The notes below the pieces were generated by a model. The model saw only the letters and a program-made list of their open reading frames with translations, was not told the DNA's origin and did no database searches. A stretch of DNA of 64,000 nucleotides from Felis catus (Eukaryota): the NCBI RefSeq assembly GCF_018350175.1, contig NC_058368.1, positions 166,534,001 through 166,598,000 on the forward strand, in the 5' to 3' direction. Made by a program: the position numbers and the translations under genes. Shown piece by piece: positions 37,757 to 51,754 of the stretch (positions are counted from its first letter, which is position 1; the number at the start of each line of letters is the position of its first letter).

Positions 37757-38399
37757 TTTATCCATGTTGTAGTATATGTCAGAATTTCCTTCCTTTATAA
37801 AGCTAATAATATTCCATTGTAAGAGTTTAGTACATGTTACTTATCTGCTTATTTGTTGATGGACACTTGAGTTGCTTCTATTTTATTTATTGTAAAAATG
37901 CCGCTATGAGTATGGGTATATAAATATCTCTTTGAGATCCGGTGTTGAATTTTTTAACTATACCCAGAAGTAGAATTGCTGGGTCATATGGTAATTCCTT
38001 TCAATTTTTTTGAGAAACCATGGCAGCTATATCATTATACATTCTCCAGCAATAATCCACAAAAGTTAAACTTTCTTCACATCCTTGCCATCATTTCTTC
38101 TTTGTTGTTTGATAATCATTTTAATGGACATGAGGTGGTATCTCAGTATATTTTTGATATGCAATTCCTTAATGATTAGTGATGTTAAGCATCTTTGCAT
38201 GTGTTTGCCATTTTTATATGTTCTTTGGAGAAATGTCTATTTAAGTCCTTTGTCCCTATTTACAATCAGCTGTTTGCTTTTGGGTGTTAAGTTTGAAAAG
38301 TTCTCTTTGTATTATAGATACTAATCTGTTATCAGATATATGATATGCCAATATTTTCACCAATTCTGTGTATTGCCTTTTTGCTCTATTGATAGTATC

Positions 38400-38619
38400 T
38401 TTTTTTGTTTTTTTAATGTTTATTCCTTTCTGAGAGAGAGATAGCACAAGCAGGAAAGCAGCAGAGAGAGAGAGAGAGAGAGGGAGACAGAATCCAATGC
38501 AGGCTTCATGCTCTGAGCTGTCAGCACACACCCTGGCGTGGAGCTCAAACTCAGGAACCATGAGATCGTGACCTGAGCCAAAGTCGGAAGCTTAACTGAG
38601 TGAGCCACCCAGATGCCCC
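38400..38619 (-). mobile_element. CanSINE within L1
   Basis: TSD ttgatagtatctttt. Confidence 0.94.
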
Positions 38620-38732
38620 TGTTGATAGTATCTTTTGATACACAATTTTTAAAGAAATGTTAATGAAGTTCAATTTGTCTGCATTTTCTTTTGTTTCCTG
38701 TGCCTTTATTGTCACATTTAAGAAGTCATTGT

Positions 38733-38950
38733 TGGGGCACCTGGGTGGCTCAGTCGGTTAAGTGACAGACTTCAGCTCAGGTCATGATCTCGCGGTCTGT
38801 GAGATCAAGCCCCACATCAGGCTCTGGGCTGACAGCTCAGAGCCTGGAGCCTGTTTTGGATTCTGTGTCTCCCTCTCTCTCTGACCCTCCCCTGCTCATG
38901 CTCTGTCTCTCTCTGTCTCAAAAATAAATAAATGTTAAAAAAAAAAAAAA
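38733..38950 (+). mobile_element. CanSINE within L1
   Basis: TSD aagaagtcattgt/aagaagtcactgt. Confidence 0.96.
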
Positions 38951-40952
38951 GAAGTCACTGTCAAATCAAATGTCATATTTTGCTGTATGTTTTCCTCTAA
39001 AAGTGTTAGTTTTAGGTCATACATTTAGGTCTTTGGTACATTTTTTAGCTAATTTTTGTGTTATTGTATTAGGTGAGGGTCCAATTTTATTTTTTTGCAC
39101 GTGCATATCCAGTTTTTCCAATATCATTGAAAATACTGTCTTTTACTCATCACATGGTTTTGGCCCTCTTACTGGAAATCATTTAACCATATGTGCAAGG
39201 GTTTATTTTGGAACTGCATTCTATTCTTTTGGTTCATACTGTCTGTCTTTTTGCTAGTACCATATTATTTTGATTATTGGAACTTTATAATGAGCTTTGA
39301 AAAAAGGAAGTATGAATCTCCAGGTTTGTTCTTTTTTCAAAATTATTTTGGCTATTCAGGATCCCTTCAGATTTTATGTGAATTTTAGAGATTTTTCTAT
39401 TTCTACAAAACCATTATGAGGGTTTTCGTAGGGTTTAAATTAATTCTGTATACCACTTTGGATAGTATTGGCATCTCAACAATATTCATTCTCTGATCGA
39501 GGAACATAGGATATCTTTCTCTCCATTTGTCTTCTTTAATTTTTTTCAGAAATGTTTTTTAGCTCTTATGGCACAAGTCTTTCATTTTCTTAGATAAGTT
39601 GATTCCTAAATATTTATTATTTTTATTGAACTGTTTTTTTTTAAATTTCCTTGTAGATCATTTATTGATAGTATATAGGATTACAACTTGGTTTGTGTAC
39701 TGTTTGCCTTATATCCAGCTATATTGCTGAATTTATTTTAATATTTTTTCTGTAGAATCTTACAGTTTTCTAAAGATTATGTCATCCATTAAACAGAGAT
39801 AACTTTACTTCATCTTTTCTGATTGGATGACTTATTTATTTTTCTTGCCTAATTGCCCTGACTAGGACTTCCAATTCCACGTTGAGTAGAAGTGGTGAAA
39901 GTGGGCATTTTTTTCAGTCTTTGACTATCGAGTATGACTTTTGCTGTAGATTTCTTATATATGTCATTTCTTCTGTTGAAGTAGTTTCTATTCCTAATTT
40001 GTTGAGTGTTTTTATCACGAAAGAATGTTGAATTTTGTCAGTGCTTTTTCTGCATCAATTGAGATAATTTTAAATAGTTTATTATCCTTCATTCTGTTAA
40101 TCTGATATATTGAGTTATTTTCTTAGGTTGAATGGTCCTTGAATTCCAGGAAAACCTCCCACATGATTGTCTTTTAATATGCTGTTGAATTTGGTTTGCT
40201 AGTGTTTTGTTGAGGATTTTTGCATCCTTGTTCATAAAGGTAATTGGTCGGTAGTTTTTCTTTTTTGTAGTGATTCTGGCTTTGGTATCAGGGTAATGCT
40301 GGCCTTGTAGAACACATCAGATTTTTCCCTCCTCTTCAACTTTTTGGAAAAGCCTGAGAAGGATTGGTGTTAGTTCTTCAAATATTTGGTAGAATTCACC
40401 ACTGAAGCCATCAGGTCCAGTGCTTTCTTTGTCAGGTTGTTGTTGTTGTTTTAACTAATTATGGGATATTCAGATTTTCTCACACTCTCTCTCTGTCTTT
40501 CTCTCCCTCCCCCCACCCCCACCCCTCTGGTTTGTATTTAGGAATATTAATCTGATTCAGGAAGCCAGAGCTGTGGTAAGCCAATATCTGATCTTTCCTT
40601 GCTGCTATGAATATGCTTCTACATATTTTCAGGTTCCCATGTGGAAATATCTAGCTCATTAAAAAAGATGAAATTAAATGTGATCTGGAACCTTAGAGAA
40701 TAAAGTGTTCTATAGGGCCATATTTGTCAGAATGTCTAGCTCCAATCTAAGTATCAAGGCATAATTGTTTAGTTAAGAATTCTCTAAGGAATTTACCTGC
40801 CTTCTGTATATTGAGTATTGTAAATATATTTTGAGTTTTCCTTTATAATCCAGGCAATTATTATAAAATCAGTTTGGGTGTTGTATTTTATAATAGTAAT
40901 GGTTCCAAGACATATAAAAGTGTTCAGGACTTGTGGCACAATATTAGTCATG

Positions 40953-41028
40953 TTTTTTATTTTATTTTACTTTATTTTATTTTATTTTATTTTATTTTAT
41001 TTTATTTTATTTTATTTTATTATTTTTT
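40953..41028. repeat. (TTTTA)n pentanucleotide microsatellite
   Basis: Directly visible. Confidence 0.96.
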
Positions 41029-42081
41029 TAGTTTGTTTCCTTCCTACTTCACTGTCACCTTTCTCTCCTAAAAACAACAATGTAGAAATCCATCATCTTT
41101 TCAAATTTGCTACTTCCCAATATCATGTGCTTCAAAACAAAATAATGAAGCATATCTAAGTTGTGGGTAAGAGTAGCTAGCATCTGGCTAAAGGAATGTG
41201 TAGTTTCCCTATGAGTAAAAGACAGGAGCTTAAATGTATTGACTCTGATTTTTAGCTGGCTGGCCAGTGACTTACATATTCTCTTCATATTCTCTCTACC
41301 TTATTTGCCTAGAAAACTGGCCTATTGCATTAGATGCTAACACTTTATGGGTTGTAAATTCCAAAGAAGTCAAGATTGAAGGAAACTGAAGAAAAATTGA
41401 GAAAAGTGAGGCTAGGGAGGTGTATCTTCACAGCGACCCTATGGACAAATATGTCTCCAAAGAATCTGAGTAGGAAAATGATGGTAGAAAATGTATTCAT
41501 TGGCTTTGTTTCATTGATCAACATTGCCTCATAGAGATCAACTCCCTTACACATGTTGGTTGTGCTGTCCACTCTGAGTGGTTACCAGAGCTAGCAAGTT
41601 TCCAGACGGCAATGATAGCACCCAAGTATAATCCACAGGGTGCAGGGCAAGCCAGTAAGTGTGAATTGGCAATCCTCCTTGCCAGGCCTAGTAAACTATT
41701 GCACTTCTGTGAGCTCACAATAGGCCTTTTGTCCTCTTCATGGCTCCAGGGGAACAGAGACTCACCAGGGAAGGAGGTCAAATGGCCTTGAACAAGGCTT
41801 GAGACAAGTTGGGATTGTATCTCTGAGAGATCTGAGAGCAATTACTGCAGTGGGCTAGTCACAAAAGCCTGGCCCTTCTGAGACGTATATGAAACATTCC
41901 AGGAACCTATTTCTGGTGATGATGGTAATCCCCTTTGGGCCTACAGATATGCTTCTGGGAATCTTTCTCCAGAATCAGCATAGTAGTCAGGAGAAAATCA
42001 TGCCTGAGGGATCCATGTGGCATGTATTCTAGATCCAAATATTTTAAATTGTTGTTAGGTGAGGGGACACCCAAACAAGTA

Positions 42082-42589
42082 CAGATCTTCCTTAACTCAA
42101 GATAGATGAGGTTATGTCCCAATAAACCCATCATAAGCAGAAAGTATCATGTCGAAATTGCATTTAATACACCTAACTTACCAAACCTCATAACTTAGCC
42201 TAGCCTACCTTAAACGTGCTTAAAACAGTTACATTAGCCTACAGTTGAGCAAATTCATCTAACACAAAGCCTATTTTATAGTAAAGTGATGAGTATCTCA
42301 TGTAATTTATTGAAAACTGTACTGAAAGTGAAAAACAGAATGGCTGTATGCGTACAAAATGGTTGTCAGTATATCAATTGCTTACCCTTGTGAACCCATG
42401 GCTGACTGGAAAGTGGGCCGGCTGCTGCTGCCCAGCTTTATGAGAAAGTGTCTTACTGCATACAGCTAATCTGGAAAAGATCAAAATTCAAAATGTGAAG
42501 TATGTTTTTTTACTGGATTCATATTGCTTTTGCACCATCGTAAAGTCAAAAAATTATAAGCCAAACCATTGTAAGTCAGGGACTGTCTG
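42082..42589. mobile_element. MER47/Tigger5-type non-autonomous DNA transposon
   Basis: Starts cagatcttcc, ends gggactgtctg, TA on both sides. Internal cttagcctagcctaccttaaacgtgct matches recalled MER47. Confidence 0.9.
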
Positions 42590-44380
42590 TAATCTAAACT
42601 CCATCCTCACACTTTCCATTTGTTTGATAACCAGTAAAAATTGATTGAGTGTAGTTTTCTCTTTTAACATATATGAAATTCTTTCTACACAGGTGTGATA
42701 TTTAGTGTTTACAGATTATTTGGCAGGGTGCATGTAGAACCAGAGGGAAATAAGACAACAGAATTTTTTAGACTACTTTTTACAATGCTTTGGGAAGATT
42801 TTCTTCAATATTTATTTCTGGAGGCTGAATTACTAGACTCTGATCATAAAACCATAAATTGAAGTTACTTATAAAGTGTGTGTGTGTGTGTGTGTATGTG
42901 TGTAACCATATAATTAAATTATATTGAAATACCAAGATGAGATGGCATTTTAAGTATGCATCATTTCTCTTCTATATTAAGCAAATAAATATGTTTTTTC
43001 TGATGTTCTAAGATTTTGATAATTTCTTCTTAACACTGGTAGTTTTTGCTATTCTGAAAATAATTCTTAATAAAGTTGAAAAACAGTGAATTATCAAGCA
43101 CATACTCACACACAAACACAGAAGTTATTCATCTTCACAGCACACTGGAAGTCCAGTAATGAGATAAATAATAATGTAATTTAATTTTATGTGTTTCCAG
43201 CAAGTACTAGGCATGAAAAAGGTCTGCTCACTAAAATACCAATAAAATCAGGGAACTTCATTTTAAAAGGAATCATTCTGCCTCTCTATTTACTCTCTAG
43301 TTAATACTACTCTTTTTATCAACTTGTTCAAAAATATAGTTGTTTTGAAAGAAAAAAGAATGCATTCACATAGGCAATGTCTCTGCATTCCTGTGTCTTT
43401 CCAAAAAGGAGCAGGAAAGGGTTTCAATAATCCTAACTTCTGGGCATCCGGAGAAAACTGTTTGTTCCAAATCCATACATATGCTGAATCACAACCTCGG
43501 AGGAGGGAGATTTTGCTATGGAAATTCAGTGAGCAGTAATCTTAACATTGACTGAGGATTAAGTAAATGGTGAGAAAATGGAGATCCCCTTGTACCCAGC
43601 AGTCCTTATAACTGCTAATTTACTACATGATGCTAATTAAATGAAGTTAGCCTCATAATGGCAATGTATGGTGCCTGTGTAGGAAAGCTGTTAACATAAT
43701 TATATCTCTAACACAGGGGGCAAAGCAGATTACAATTATTAGAAAGCCATGGGATACAGACTACCGTGAGCTTTACAACATTAGGAAGTGGATTTACAAT
43801 CCTAAGTTTCCCAAATACCTCTACATTTTATATTTAAGTTTCTATTCCTTAGGTAGCATTTAATAGAAATATTTGAAAAGTGAGCATTCTTCCATATTGA
43901 TATTCTATCAATTTTCAAATTCAGAAGTGAGAGAGTATGTGTTGATGCGTAGAAGTGTGTGTATGTGGGTAAAATATATTTTGGTGTACAATTTCCTGCC
44001 TTGTCAGAGAATTACCTCTTTGGAAAGACATATGATGTGACAGTTATATATCAAACCCTAAATAAAAATTGATATATAAAAATGAAAATATCTTAATATG
44101 CAATACTGGATCCCATCTCTCACATACTTTTTACCTCTTATCTCCTACCAAGGCAACATATTATTGAATATCAAAGAATATCAGACTGAAAAAAGGACAA
44201 ATTCTCAAAGTTAAAGTTATTTTCAAAGCCATTTTGCCTTATTAAATACTCCTGGCCTTCAGTAATTACACAAAGGGGGAAAAAAGCTGGCAAAACAAAC
44301 TTGCCCATTTTCATAACACTTGTTTATTATTTTTAATTACTAGTTTTAAGAAAGGCGTATTTGTAGTACAAACAGAAATA

Positions 44381-44603
44381 TTTTTTTTTTATTTTTTTTT
44401 CAGCGTTTATTTATTTTTGGGACAGAGAGAGACAGAGCATGAACGGGGGAGGGGCAGAGAGAGAGGGAGACACAGAATCGGAAACAGGCTCCAGGCTCTG
44501 AGCCATCAGCCCAGAACCCGACGTGGGGCTCGAACTCACGGACCGCGAGATTGTGACCTGGCTGAAGTCGGACGCTTAACCGACTGCGCCACCCAGGCGC
44601 CCC
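44381..44603 (-). mobile_element. Young SINEC_Fc-type SINE with perfect TSD
   Basis: TSD acagaaatattt, CpG-rich body. Confidence 0.97.
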
Positions 44604-44994
44604 ACAGAAATATTTAATTTAAACAAAAGCAAAATTTTTAGAGTGAATCTGAGCAAGTAAAGAGGGTAGTATTCAAACACCAACAACACACACACACAAA
44701 AAACTAAAACCTGTAAGCTAGTCATGTACAATATAACAAATATTTTAAATATTATTACTCTTGAATTCTGGTTAATCTGGCTTTTTGAAAATTCTAAAGT
44801 GTTATAGTGTTTGCCTTGAATATCTGAATAGTATAGAATATCTTTAGAAATTAATTAGCTGATTAATGATGAAGGCAGCAGAAACTTTCTAACCTCTAAT
44901 GAGTTACAAAGAAACTGGATATTTATTGATGACAGAAGAACTAACGTTTGTTTATGCCCTTCTGTATTTCCGGAACTTAATATAGATCGTCTAG

Positions 44995-45102
44995 TTTAAT
45001 TTTCAAAACAATTATACAAGGCAAATACTGTTATTGTTTTGCTTTTATTGATAAGGAGTCAGAGATTCAGAAATGTCAAATAACTTGTCCAAGGCCACCC
45101 AC
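44995..45102 (-). mobile_element. MIR core
   Basis: gataaggagtcagagattcagaaatgtcaaataacttgtccaaggccacc. Confidence 0.75.
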
Positions 45103-45711
45103 CCAACTTCTCTCCACATCTAGTTATGTATACCATCATCCATGCAACCGTGATATCCAGTACCCATGGATGCCAAAGAGGCCTCAGAATTTACTTTCTT
45201 AATATAAAAGAACATTAACTTATGTTTATATATTTATTTTTGTTTTAACAATTTTTATGTTGAAGAAAAGACAGAAAATGATACTATGAATACCCATATA
45301 TTCATATATCCATCATTCAGAGTATTCAAATGTTAATTTTTTCATTCTTTGCTTTATACGTATATTTATATTTAAATAAGAATTAGAGTTACCTTTGTGC
45401 TTTTGCCCTGATCTCTGTTCTCTTTATTACCTCCTTTAATGTGTAATATTGCCATCCACACTCAAAATATCAGATCTATACCTGCAGCTAAAAATATTAT
45501 ATAAAATACACTTATTTTATATGAATGCTTGAGTGCTGAACCTATGCAACTCTTCTCATTGAACATTAAGTTTTAACATAAATTAGATAATAGAGATTTA
45601 ATTCACCAATAATGGGAATAGATACATTTATACAATGGAATACTACATAGTAGTTTAAATAAATGTAGTAAATTTCTAATTAGTTGGAATATATCCTATT
45701 TTTAAATAAAA

Positions 45712-45914
45712 TTTATTTTTTAAAATGTATTTATTTTGAGAGAGAGAGAGCGGGGGGGGGGGCAGAAAGAGAGGGAGAAAGAGAGAATCCCAAGCAGGCT
45801 CTGCGCTGTCAGTGTAAAGCCTGATGTGGGGCTTGAACTCACAAACCATGAGACCATGACCTGAACTGAAATCAAGAGTCAGACGCTTAACCAACTGAGC
45901 CACCCAGGCACTCC
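45712..45914 (-). mobile_element. CanSINE
   Basis: Ends ctgagccacccaggcactcc, flanks aaaatttatt/aaaattttatt. Confidence 0.95.
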
Positions 45915-46371
45915 AAAATTTATTCTATTTTAAATGACAAAATAAGTGGCGTGTACTATTATTGGGTTGTGAGGCATTGATTAGAGAAGCACAAATTAAT
46001 CAAGAAAAGCAAGGTATGATGTTAGCTTTGAAATTTGAGAACAGTATGTAAAGGTACAAATTGATAACATATCCACCAGTGAAAATTTAGTACTTCATTT
46101 TGTGACTTTCTCATTCAGTACTCTTATTTTTATTGTGAATGTGGTTGAGATTTCTAATATATGCCATAATTGCCTACACATGTGTATGTGTATATATGTA
46201 TATATTCATGTATATGTATATATTCATAAATATATTCATGTACGTTGTATATGAAAGAGTATATAAATATAGGAATGGATATTATATGAAGATAATATAG
46301 ATAGTGACATTATTTATATAGTATACAAATATAGATCAATGTTTTTGTCTCTTATTAAAAATTTTAGATTT

Positions 46372-46597
46372 TTATTTACTTATTTTTATTTTTATAAATG
46401 TTTGTTTATTTTTGAGAGAGGACAGAGTGCAAGCGGGGGAGGGGCAGAGAGCGAGGGAGACAGAGAATCCAAAGCAGACTCCAGACTCAGCTGTCAGCAC
46501 ATAGCCTGAAGTAGGGTGGAACTCGTGAACTATCATGACCTGAGCCAAACTATGAGATGATGATCTGGCCCAACTAACTGAGCCACACAAGCACCCC
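46372..46597 (-). mobile_element. CanSINE
   Basis: Ends ctgagccacacaagcacccc, flanks ttagattttta. Confidence 0.92.
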
Positions 46598-46984
46598 TAG
46601 TTAGATTTTTAAATCCCCAGTTCTTGTATTTTAACTTGTGATAAAAATTCTTTTTGTATTTTTCCTCTCATCATCCTTATGATTTCTTTAGACTTACCTA
46701 ACTTTCTTCACCTATCCCCTGAGTTTTATATTTCAGTGTATATGCAGTTAAGATGTAGTTTGTGAGTAACAGAAAACCAGAAAAAATATCTTGCATAACA
46801 AGAGGTCTAGAGGTAGTATAGCCTCTGGGATAGATATCTTGTACAGTTCAGTTCATATTGTCAGTATCAAATTTCTTTCCATTTCTTTGCTTTGCCATTT
46901 TCTATGCATCTTTATAATTCCACTGATAGCCTCATATATAACAATATGTAATGTTTATAGCACATAACATTTATATTATGTTGT

Positions 46985-47023
<39 letters not shown>

Positions 47024-47059
47024 AGATACCTTCTGCCTATAATTTATATATAACATGTC

Positions 47060-47110
<51 letters not shown>
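46985..47110. repeat. (CA)n and (TA)n microsatellites
   Basis: (CA)n at 46989-47021 and (TA)n at 47060-47109. Confidence 0.96.
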
Positions 47111-47111
<1 letters not shown>

Positions 47112-47123
47112 GGGTGGTATCTG

Positions 47124-47340
47124 GGTATCTGGGTGGCTCAGTGGGCTAAGCATCTGACTTCGGCTCAGGTCATGATCTCACATTTTGTGGGTTCGAGCCC
47201 CACATCGGGCTCTGTTCTGAGCCGGGAGCTTGCTTCAGATTCTGTGTCTCCCTCTGTCTCTGCCCTTCCCTCACTCATACTCTGTCTCTCTCTGTCTCTC
47301 TCTCTGTCAAAAATAAAAATAATAAAAACATTTTTAAAAA
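47124..47340 (+). mobile_element. CanSINE with stuttered 5' end
   Basis: tctgggtggtatctgggtatctgggtggctcag followed by a typical body and tail. Confidence 0.93.
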
Positions 47341-48131
47341 TATATAGGCAGAATATTCACATAAAACAATCTAGTTGAAAAGCTAAACTTTTTTTTTTCT
47401 TGTTAGGACAATGGTATTGTTTCCATCATATCTCCTTGACCCAAATACTGATGTATTCCCATTCTAGAATGAAATCATTAGCTGTGTAGTGGGATTTTCT
47501 GTGTATCAATAAGATCTGTCTTTGGAAGTTGGTCTTTAATAAGCACCTTGGCGACATTTAACTAGGTAGATGAATAGGGTATGTTTGAAAAAAATAAAAT
47601 AGAATTTCTATTTGAAGGAAAAATGGTGAAATAGTGCTGGTAAGAAAATGAACATTGTTAGGGTATAATCACTGTTTTCAATTTCAGAAAGTTATTTGAT
47701 TTTTTTCCAATTCTGTCTTCCTTTACACATAGTCATATATTTTTCTTTGATTTTAATTTTTCACTTTAATTTTAAAATATATTTTTTAGTGTCTTTCAAA
47801 TTATTTAAAATTTTTCATTCAACAAATCTTTAGTTCTTTTCACTTTTATTCACTTTTTCCCCTCTGTTTTTTTTTGCAATTTTTAATTTTGTTCATATTT
47901 TGTACAGAGTTCATTTTTTTCCAGTTCAGTAAATTGTAAATAATAAGAAGAATGTGACACATAATTTATGAAATTTAGACTAGTAATTTCTTATAGTTAA
48001 TTCAGGTTAGAATTATTTGGGTTATTAATTTCTAAAAGTTCATTTTTTTCTCTCTCAAACACTCCAACATCTCTTTATTTTTCTGGGCGGTGAACAGTGT
48101 ACATTTAATCCCCTATTTCTTGTATGCATCA

Positions 48132-48837
<706 letters not shown>

Positions 48838-49370
48838 ACCATTACTTGGAGTTTCAGTAGTTCTGCTTTCTACAGCAAAGGCCACATTCTTCTTCTCAAA
48901 ATAGGAATCACTCATTTTCTGGGTCAGATTTTAGGAGTGTTATCTCCAGTGAGTTACTACAAAGTTAGCTGAAATGTGCTCCTCTCACTTAGATTTATCT
49001 CATCCTTTCTGGCTTATGATGGTTTTTCCTTTGTTTGAAAATTGTTTACTGTGTGTTTGAAATATATTTTATCATAAAGTTCAGCATTTCTAAGGTGTTA
49101 AAAAGGACAATTCACTTCAGTAAAATAAACCAAAATTAAAATAATATGGTATATAATATCAAATTGCCAGAGGAATAATAGAAATATTTTTTTATTTTAC
49201 CAGTCAAGCATTCTACCAGCTCAAATATTTATCAATAATATGCATAATTATATTTTAATTCCTATGTATATAATAGAACGAATGATAATAAGTTATACAT
49301 TTATGTGAGGCTATAAAAACCGAATTGTTAACTAGGGATTCTATAGCAATTCTGAAGTACATTTGAGGTA

Positions 49371-49878
49371 CAAGTTCCCCCCACCCCATTCCAGAAGTAG
49401 AGCATTCCTATGAAGCCTTTTGTAAGCCAAAATGGCATAAAGTGAAGAAGCAATTACCATTACTTCATATGGAAAACTTTTTGAGCATTTCCAGGCCACC
49501 CGAATAACCTCTTTTAGGTTTTTCTGATACCTTAGGACACATCTTGATAACAGATGTGGGAAAGAAATTGAGATAAAGCATAGATGCTCACAGACACAGC
49601 TCAAAACAATGGCAGCTTGATGCTGAGGTGCTGAGTGTAGTTCCCAGGGAAGAAGCTTGGAAGCGCCACTCTCACTGCTTGCGGTGTGTGGTGCCTCTAT
49701 GATGGCTAGCTGCAATACAAAACAAACATTGAATGCTCTTTTTTTGGTGTTTCCCTTTTTTCTTAAAGGTGAAAATCCTCTTCAGATTTCTTTCAGTTAG
49801 CAAAAACAGGTATATTTGTAGGTCTTCTTAAAAAATGATTTGGTGCATTGTGAACTTGCAAAAAGCAGGGGATACCTG
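49371..49878. mobile_element. MER6-like Tigger-family non-autonomous DNA transposon
   Basis: Ends ta|caagttcccc and ggggatacctg. Internal gtagagcattcctatgaagccttttgtaagccaaaatggcataaag. Confidence 0.78.
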
Positions 49879-50503
49879 TCACTGAAATATTGTCCTAAAT
49901 TATGTTTCATTCCATCAATCAAATATGCTCTAATTTGCATACATAAAATCTATTCTTTATGGTTTAGAAAGTACTTAAACTGCATTTGAAGATTCTGAAG
50001 TCACAATTTAAACTCTAATTAAGAGCTTTGAACTTCTGTGATCTACGTGGTTTGATTTTTCCATTCCTGATTTTATATACCTTGCATATTCCATTTACTA
50101 CATAATGAAACTATAATTTTCATGGAGTATTATGTACCCTCTGAATTTTAAGTTGTATTTCCATAGTATATGAAACATGACTGCAGCAGAGGCAAATTCT
50201 TGTTGCCAAAAACGATACCTGTGGCAATTTTCTACATTTGTTTCCAGAATTCTCATCCTGCACATTTCTTGAAAATATTTAACTCAAGTGATTGGAACCA
50301 AAAGTAATTACTTGAACACGATTGCCTGAATTAAACCAAGTGTTTTCTTGTGAGATTTCTGCGACAGTGCCATACATCGTGGGATGAAAGACATAAACCT
50401 GGAGTGCCCAGATGTGTGCAGTACACATTCATTTAGATTAATTCTTACTAAAGAAAAAAAAGAGGCACTTCCTTAGATACTAAGCCATAGTTAGAATAAA
50501 ATA

Positions 50504-51739
50504 TGGTAAAACCTTGGTTTGAAGCATAATTCATTCTGGAAACATGCTTGTAATCCAAAGGACTTGTATCTCAAAGTGAATTTCCAGTTAGAAATAATGG
50601 AAACTTAGATGATTCATTCCACAACCGAAAAATATTCATTTAAAAATTATTACAATACTGTAATATAATACAAAATATTAAAATACAAAATATAAAGAAA
50701 AATAAATGAACCTGCATTTACCATTGAACACCCTAGAGGCTGGTGTGAAGGAGGCAAGAGAGAAGAGTGTTCTTTTATAGGACAACTTTCACTGTCAGTA
50801 ACAGAATTGCTGCTATCTATTGCCTCAAGGGAATCTTTCTTTTCGTGGAACTTTAGCAAGGAACCTATCCAATGACACTTGCTTTTGCCTCCTTTTGAGG
50901 ATTTTGTGGAAATGTGACATTGCATTGTCACTGAACAGCTTCATTGCTTGCCCTGTTACAGCCTTGTTCAGATGGTGATTTTCTATAAAATCTTGGACTG
51001 GTTCCCACACTTTACATATCTCCATAATCTCATTTGAAGTGAGGGATTCCTCAGCCTTTTTCTCCTCCTCCTCTGTGAACAAGATGCACACATAGACTTC
51101 TTATAAAATCTTGCAATTTTGGCTATTCATGTACCTTGTTCGTACTTCTTGATGATTTCCTCCTTAACTTCCACTGTAATCATCTCCTCCTTCTTACTGT
51201 ATTTCTTTTCACCCTTTTTCTTCATGGGGGCCATTGTATATGCTCATGTGGATGTTGACTACAGTACAGTATTGATAAACTCGTTATATACCGTATTTAT
51301 TGTAACTGGCAATAAGGCACCAGAGGAAAGGGTCTATATCTACAGGCTGCTTGACCTAGAATGAAGCAAAGCATTCCTAAGCTTACTTTTGTATGGAAAA
51401 GCAAAGGACTGTCCATACGTCCTTTGAAGTGACAAAAAAATATACAAATGCCAATTGTAGGCCCCTTTCAACATTCTGAGAAATCACTGATTTCTGCCAA
51501 ACACCATAGCCTGTGACCAAGGATCTGAGTATGGGAGATGATCACCCACAATCCTGCATCAAGAGAGAGAGGGAGAGAAGAACCATCATTTCAGTTGTGA
51601 TCATGTGACATTTGGTGTCGCACACTATTCATATTGCAAGATATTGCTGCTCATTTATCAAGTTAAAATTCACTAGATATGTTGGCTCCTCTTGAGGAAC
51701 ACTTGCATAACAAGTTAATCGCGATGCAAGGTTTTACTA
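50504..51739 (-). mobile_element. Internally deleted Tigger/pogo DNA transposon with transposase N- and C-terminal remnants
   Basis: TIR core gtaaaaccttg/caaggttttac. Minus-strand MAPMKK...MITVEVKEEIIKKYEQG*IAKIARFY (HTH-psq-like) and KILKRRQKQVSLDRFL C-terminus. Confidence 0.88.
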
Positions 51740-51754
51740 GACTGTTTTTAAAAA

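Larger units (their letters stand above)
37238..40480 (-). mobile_element. L1MB-like element, 3' UTR plus ~2 kb of degraded ORF2, with three SINE insertions
   Basis: tttaaattgtggtagaatatacatagcataaaattta 3' end, catcttgcaaaatcgaaactct, and antisense ORF2 through tggctttggtatcagggtaatgctggcc. Confidence 0.9.
46737..47560 (-). mobile_element. Old MLT1(J/K/L)-like MaLR LTR, interrupted by microsatellites and a SINE
   Basis: cagttaagatgtagtttgtgagtaacagaaaacc...aagaggtctagaggtagt...tctttccatttctttgctttgccat. Confidence 0.55.
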
